Source: Podarcis cretensis (taxonomy: Eukaryota). Taken from it: 64,000 bases of DNA. A program made the position numbers and the translations under genes. Positions 59,858 to 64,000 of the stretch are shown piece after piece (the first letter of the stretch is position 1; each line of letters starts with the position of its first letter). Location: NCBI GenBank assembly GCA_951804945.1, contig OX638159.1, forward strand, positions 38,812,001 through 38,876,000, read 5' to 3'. Below the pieces are notes generated by a model that had not been told where the DNA came from, searched no databases, and worked only from the letters and a program-made list of their open reading frames with translations.

Positions 59858-62832
59858 TACTGCTGATAACAAGGTGGATCAGACTCTGAGGTTTGTGCAA
59901 TTTAATATCTCAGAGTTTATCATATTCTCAGGCCATCTGAACATTTCTACATTTCCTTCTAAGAAAATAAAAAGGAACTTAGATATGAGAGTGTTTCCTC
60001 CCGGGCTTCCAGTTCTGCTCTGCCTTAATGGAGGCAGACCCCCATGAGAGCAGGTGATCGTTGGTGAAGGAAAAACAAGGACGATTGAGGGTAATTATCC
60101 TTGCAAATTCCCCCCAGGGACAGGAAGGAATGGGCTTCACTTGCAGTTTGTCTGGGTACCTGATTCTTGCTCCGGCATGGAATGTGGGGGGCAGGGAGGC
60201 ACTGAGTGCAAAAGCACTTCACCTGCCGAAAACCCTCCAATGCTGCCATTACGAAGCAGAGGCTCTCCTGTTAATTAGAGCTTAATTTGACTAAAGTACA
60301 GGCGTGTGCTAGAAGACATGAGATCACAATCTGCGGAACAAACTAAATGCAAGGACTTAAAGGTTAGAACTTGAGATAAGACTTCATTCAGTTCAAAAGA
60401 CGGTGGGGGGAGGGGAGCCTACAATTTCACTATTTAAAGTTTTCTTCTCTACATATATGATTCAGCAACCCTCCGCTGAATGTTAGTTCAAATTATATTT
60501 GCACAAGCGAGGATGGAAGAAATTGATTATAAATATGGAATATAATATCAAAGGGAACTGTGTGTGTAAAAAAAGGAAAAAGGGAGGGAAGCTCTGTTTT
60601 GCAAAAGGTTTATGATGGAAACTTAGAGCTGACTCTTCCCCATCCTTTATTATTTATGAAGTGTACTGAAGAACGCTAAGAGGACTTGGAATTTAATTTA
60701 ATTGGATATATAATTGCTCATATATCTTCTATTGGAAGGAAGGATGAAAGGAGTCTGTGAACTGCCAAGGAACTGATAAGGTTCTTTATTGAGTCATCTG
60801 CAGTTCGACAGACTTCTCTTCTTCCCAGGCTCAGAGAAAAATGTTGACAGCAGGTAACATTTCCTGGGACAGAGTGACTTTTGCAGCCGTTGTTAAAGTT
60901 GCAAAACAACAAAGCACGGGATGGAACGATGGAGAAATTTCTGGAACCACAATGGGATATCAGCTCTGCCCAAGGCATGATGGATAACAGCAACAACCGG
61001 GGGAAAGAAAGACATAACATCTTACAAGGACAGGAAGAAACACCATGGACAGAATAATTGCCACACACAGGAAGAACAAAGATATAGTTTGAGTTCCTCA
61101 CATGTACTTTTATAAATCATTTAATGTGTCAACACAAATATAAGTTATTAATATTGCTGTTGTTGTATGAGCGCTTATTATGATTATGGGAATGTAATTG
61201 AAATTAATAAGATTTTGGAATGCAAAAATAAAGAAAATTATCAAATCTAGCACACGAGGGGGCACTTTAACTAAATTACATAATTTGGTATTTGAAAGAT
61301 TGGTATTAATAATTGTAGTATAAATTGGTATTGTTATAATGAGGCTATTATTGAACTGTAACTGAAAACTCATACAAATATTATTTAAAATATATATTAT
61401 TTTAAAAACAGAGTGTTTCCTCTCTCGAATAATTCTTAGCTAATTATACATGTGTCAGTGACATGCTGGATTTTTATTTAGGTAAACTTCCTTCCAACTT
61501 TTATAGGAATCTGTGCTTGAGGAGGGGGGGAAATAGTCATTCTGGGTGTCTGACAGTTTTGACTTTGAAGGAAGCTTACAGCTTGAGGCTGAGACCTCAT
61601 GAATTATAATGGGAAAACACAATGGGGTGGCTCACTCTTGATATCTCTTACACATTCCCTGTGCCAAGTTCGAAAATTATGAAGGTAATAATCAACTATG
61701 TTTCACTCATAGTAGACTCATTGATATTCATGAACATGGCAAAGTTTGGTCCATTAATTCAATAGACAGTGGCTTAGTGGGCTACGAACTACTGTGGGTG
61801 CTTCAGAGCCTTCCTCGGGCATTGAAAGGAATGGAGATATGCAAGCAATCACTCTGGCATTTCTTTTCAAAGCTGGTACAATGAATTCTATCAACAATGG
61901 AGCAACTTTAGCTGCTGTGACTGGATGGTCGGTGAAGGCCTGGAGGCAAGTGTTCTACGATTCTATGAACATAGCTAGATACGAGCAGAATTAGTCTCTT
62001 TAAAACTCACCTGCTTGTTCATGTGTCTAGTTTACGCAGCCAGATCTTACAAACATTTCACTCAGTAAGTCCATCTGTCTTCAGTTTTCAAGCCTGCAGC
62101 CCCAAGCTTGAGAGTTTTGCTGAAGCCTGTTTAATATGCTTAACTGCTATCTGTCTTTTTGCATCTTTGCTAATTTTACGGAGCTTTCTTTTCTTCATAA
62201 GGACTATGCTTGTTTTCTCTAATGATGCCCTCAGTTGCCCCTGCATGGAGGGCAGGATGTACTGGCACAGTTTATGCAGATTTCCTCCAACAACCGTTTG
62301 GTTTTCTTTGCCTGTGCTTGCCTCCGGATCTTCACTTGCACTCTTAGTCTCTGCATGTTTTAATACCTTTTAACCTTCACTTTTGGAGATCTATCAACTT
62401 TTTCCTGTACGATCTTGAGCTCTTTATAAAAGTCTGTTCTATTTTCAGTCTAATAACCACTTGAAGCCTTGACTGGGATTTAGTGCAGCAGCTTCCAGTT
62501 TCCTTATCCTGGTTCGAAAAACACACACAATGAATTATTGTTTCTTTGTTTCTGTTTAAAAAAATAAAGGAAAAATTGCAATCCTTTCCAAAAAGAGTGG
62601 AGAGTGGACGAGGGCAGAATGTTCCTCTATGTGTTGTGTATATCTCATAATACCTTTTTCTTCTTCAGTTTTCTAAAACTAGTGTTGGGGTGCTGAAAGG
62701 ATTCATTCTGCATTGCCAAAAACTGCAAAGTGGATTGAAGAGGTTCAAGCCACAGACCTGCCTCTTTGTGCAAGGCCAGGGGATTTTATTATTATTATTT
62801 ATTAAATTTGTATGCCACCCTTTTAGCATTCC

Positions 62833-63342
62833 CTAAGACAGCATCTTAAAAAGCAGAGACATCTCCTTGCCAACAAAGGTTCGTATAGTTAAAGCTATGG
62901 TTTTCCCAGTAGTGATGTATGGAAGTGAGAGCTGGACCATAAAGAAGGCTGATCGCCAAAGAATTGATGCTTTTGAATTATGGTGCTGGAGGAGACTCTT
63001 GAGAGTCCCATGGACTGCAAGAAGATCAAACGTATCCATTCTTCAGGAAATCAGCCCTGAGTGCTCACTGGAAGGACAGATCATGAAGCTGAGGCTCCAA
63101 TACTTTGGCCACCTCATGACAAGAGAAGACTCCCTGGACAAGACCCTGATGTTGGGAAAGATGGAGGGCACAAGGAGAAGGGGATGACAGAGGACGAGAT
63201 GGTTGGACGGTGTTCTCGAAGCTACAAACATGAGTTTGACCAAACTGTGGGAGGCAGTAGCAGACAGGAGTGCCTGGCGTGCTCTGGTCCATGGGGTCAT
63301 GAAGAGTCGGACACGACTAAACGACTAAACAACAACAACAAC
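62833..63342 (+). mobile_element. Bov-B LINE, 5'-truncated
   Basis: ORF 62867-63187 homologous to 2230-2835, with a premature TGA; (CAA)n tail. Confidence 0.95.
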
Positions 63343-64000
63343 GCTATGCTAGGTCCCTGCCTCACCTATTTTAAGACCTCTGATGTGATGAGTTGGCAAT
63401 GGCTTCCCCAGGCTGCACAAAAGCCTCACTGGAGACACATTTCACTAGTGGCATTGCTACCCCACCTGTCCTGGTTGCTCACTCTGCTCACTGTCTCACT
63501 TAACAGGTAGCACTAAGAGAAAGAGGAGGCCTCTTTTTGTTTGTTTGTTTGTTTGTTTGTTTGTTTTGGGAGGATAAAAGGAAATGGACCTCTTTGTTTG
63601 CCACAGTAAGGAGGGAGGAGGGTTTCATTTTTCTTCTTTATTCTTGCCCGCCAATATAAAGAAAGAAGAAGGGACCCATTCTCTCTCCCTTTTTACCAGG
63701 CAGTGGTGCAAACTCCTTATCCAAGTTAAACTAATTCCATAATGGATACTGTTATAGAGAATCAGGTCTTCTTGAAGACTTTGTGGTTTTCTGAAGCATT
63801 TCCTAGATGTCTTCTTGGTCTCCCTGCAAGTTCAGCCATCCCAGTGGATCCACGTGCAGGAATGCATTTTGGTTCTCAGGGGAAGAATTGTAGAAGGCTA
63901 GGGTGCAATCCACACACAAATTTTTAAAAGTTCTGAAAATCCTTTTTTAAAAAGCGTTTTCAAAAATACATTGAATTTTCCATAAGGTTCACCATCACCA

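Noticed and set aside
62005-62370. Lys/Arg-rich open stretch on the minus strand near a strong CAG|GTGAGT donor
   Set aside because: Stops occur before the donor in the frames I read and I recognise no homology; cannot be supported as coding.

Overview
Vertebrate genomic DNA, almost certainly from a squamate reptile (lacertid-like lizard, inferred from the Sauria SINE, Bov-B, CR1/L2 and tRNA-SINE content). I recognise no host protein-coding gene, so the window reads as intronic or intergenic and is dense in transposable elements. It holds three Bov-B (RTE) 3' fragments, a 3'-truncated sushi/PEG10-like Ty3/Gypsy element (LTR, gag, protease, RT, RNase H, integrase; 46620-51010), L1, RTE, CR1 and L2 fragments, six Sauria SINEs, other tRNA- and 5S-derived SINEs, and many hAT and Tc1/mariner MITEs. 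The most interesting structures are two young, TSD-flanked, non-coding Penelope-like inverted-repeat insertions (214-586 and 11147-11682) that carry minimal hammerhead ribozymes. The first has captured a near-perfect 150-bp copy of sequence lying 854 bp downstream at its hairpin apex. Also notable are a templated patchwork junction at one Bov-B 5' end, and an in-phase GGGAAAC -1 frameshift signal plus a possible self-priming site in the Gypsy element. All family names come from recognising sequence by eye, not from database searches.
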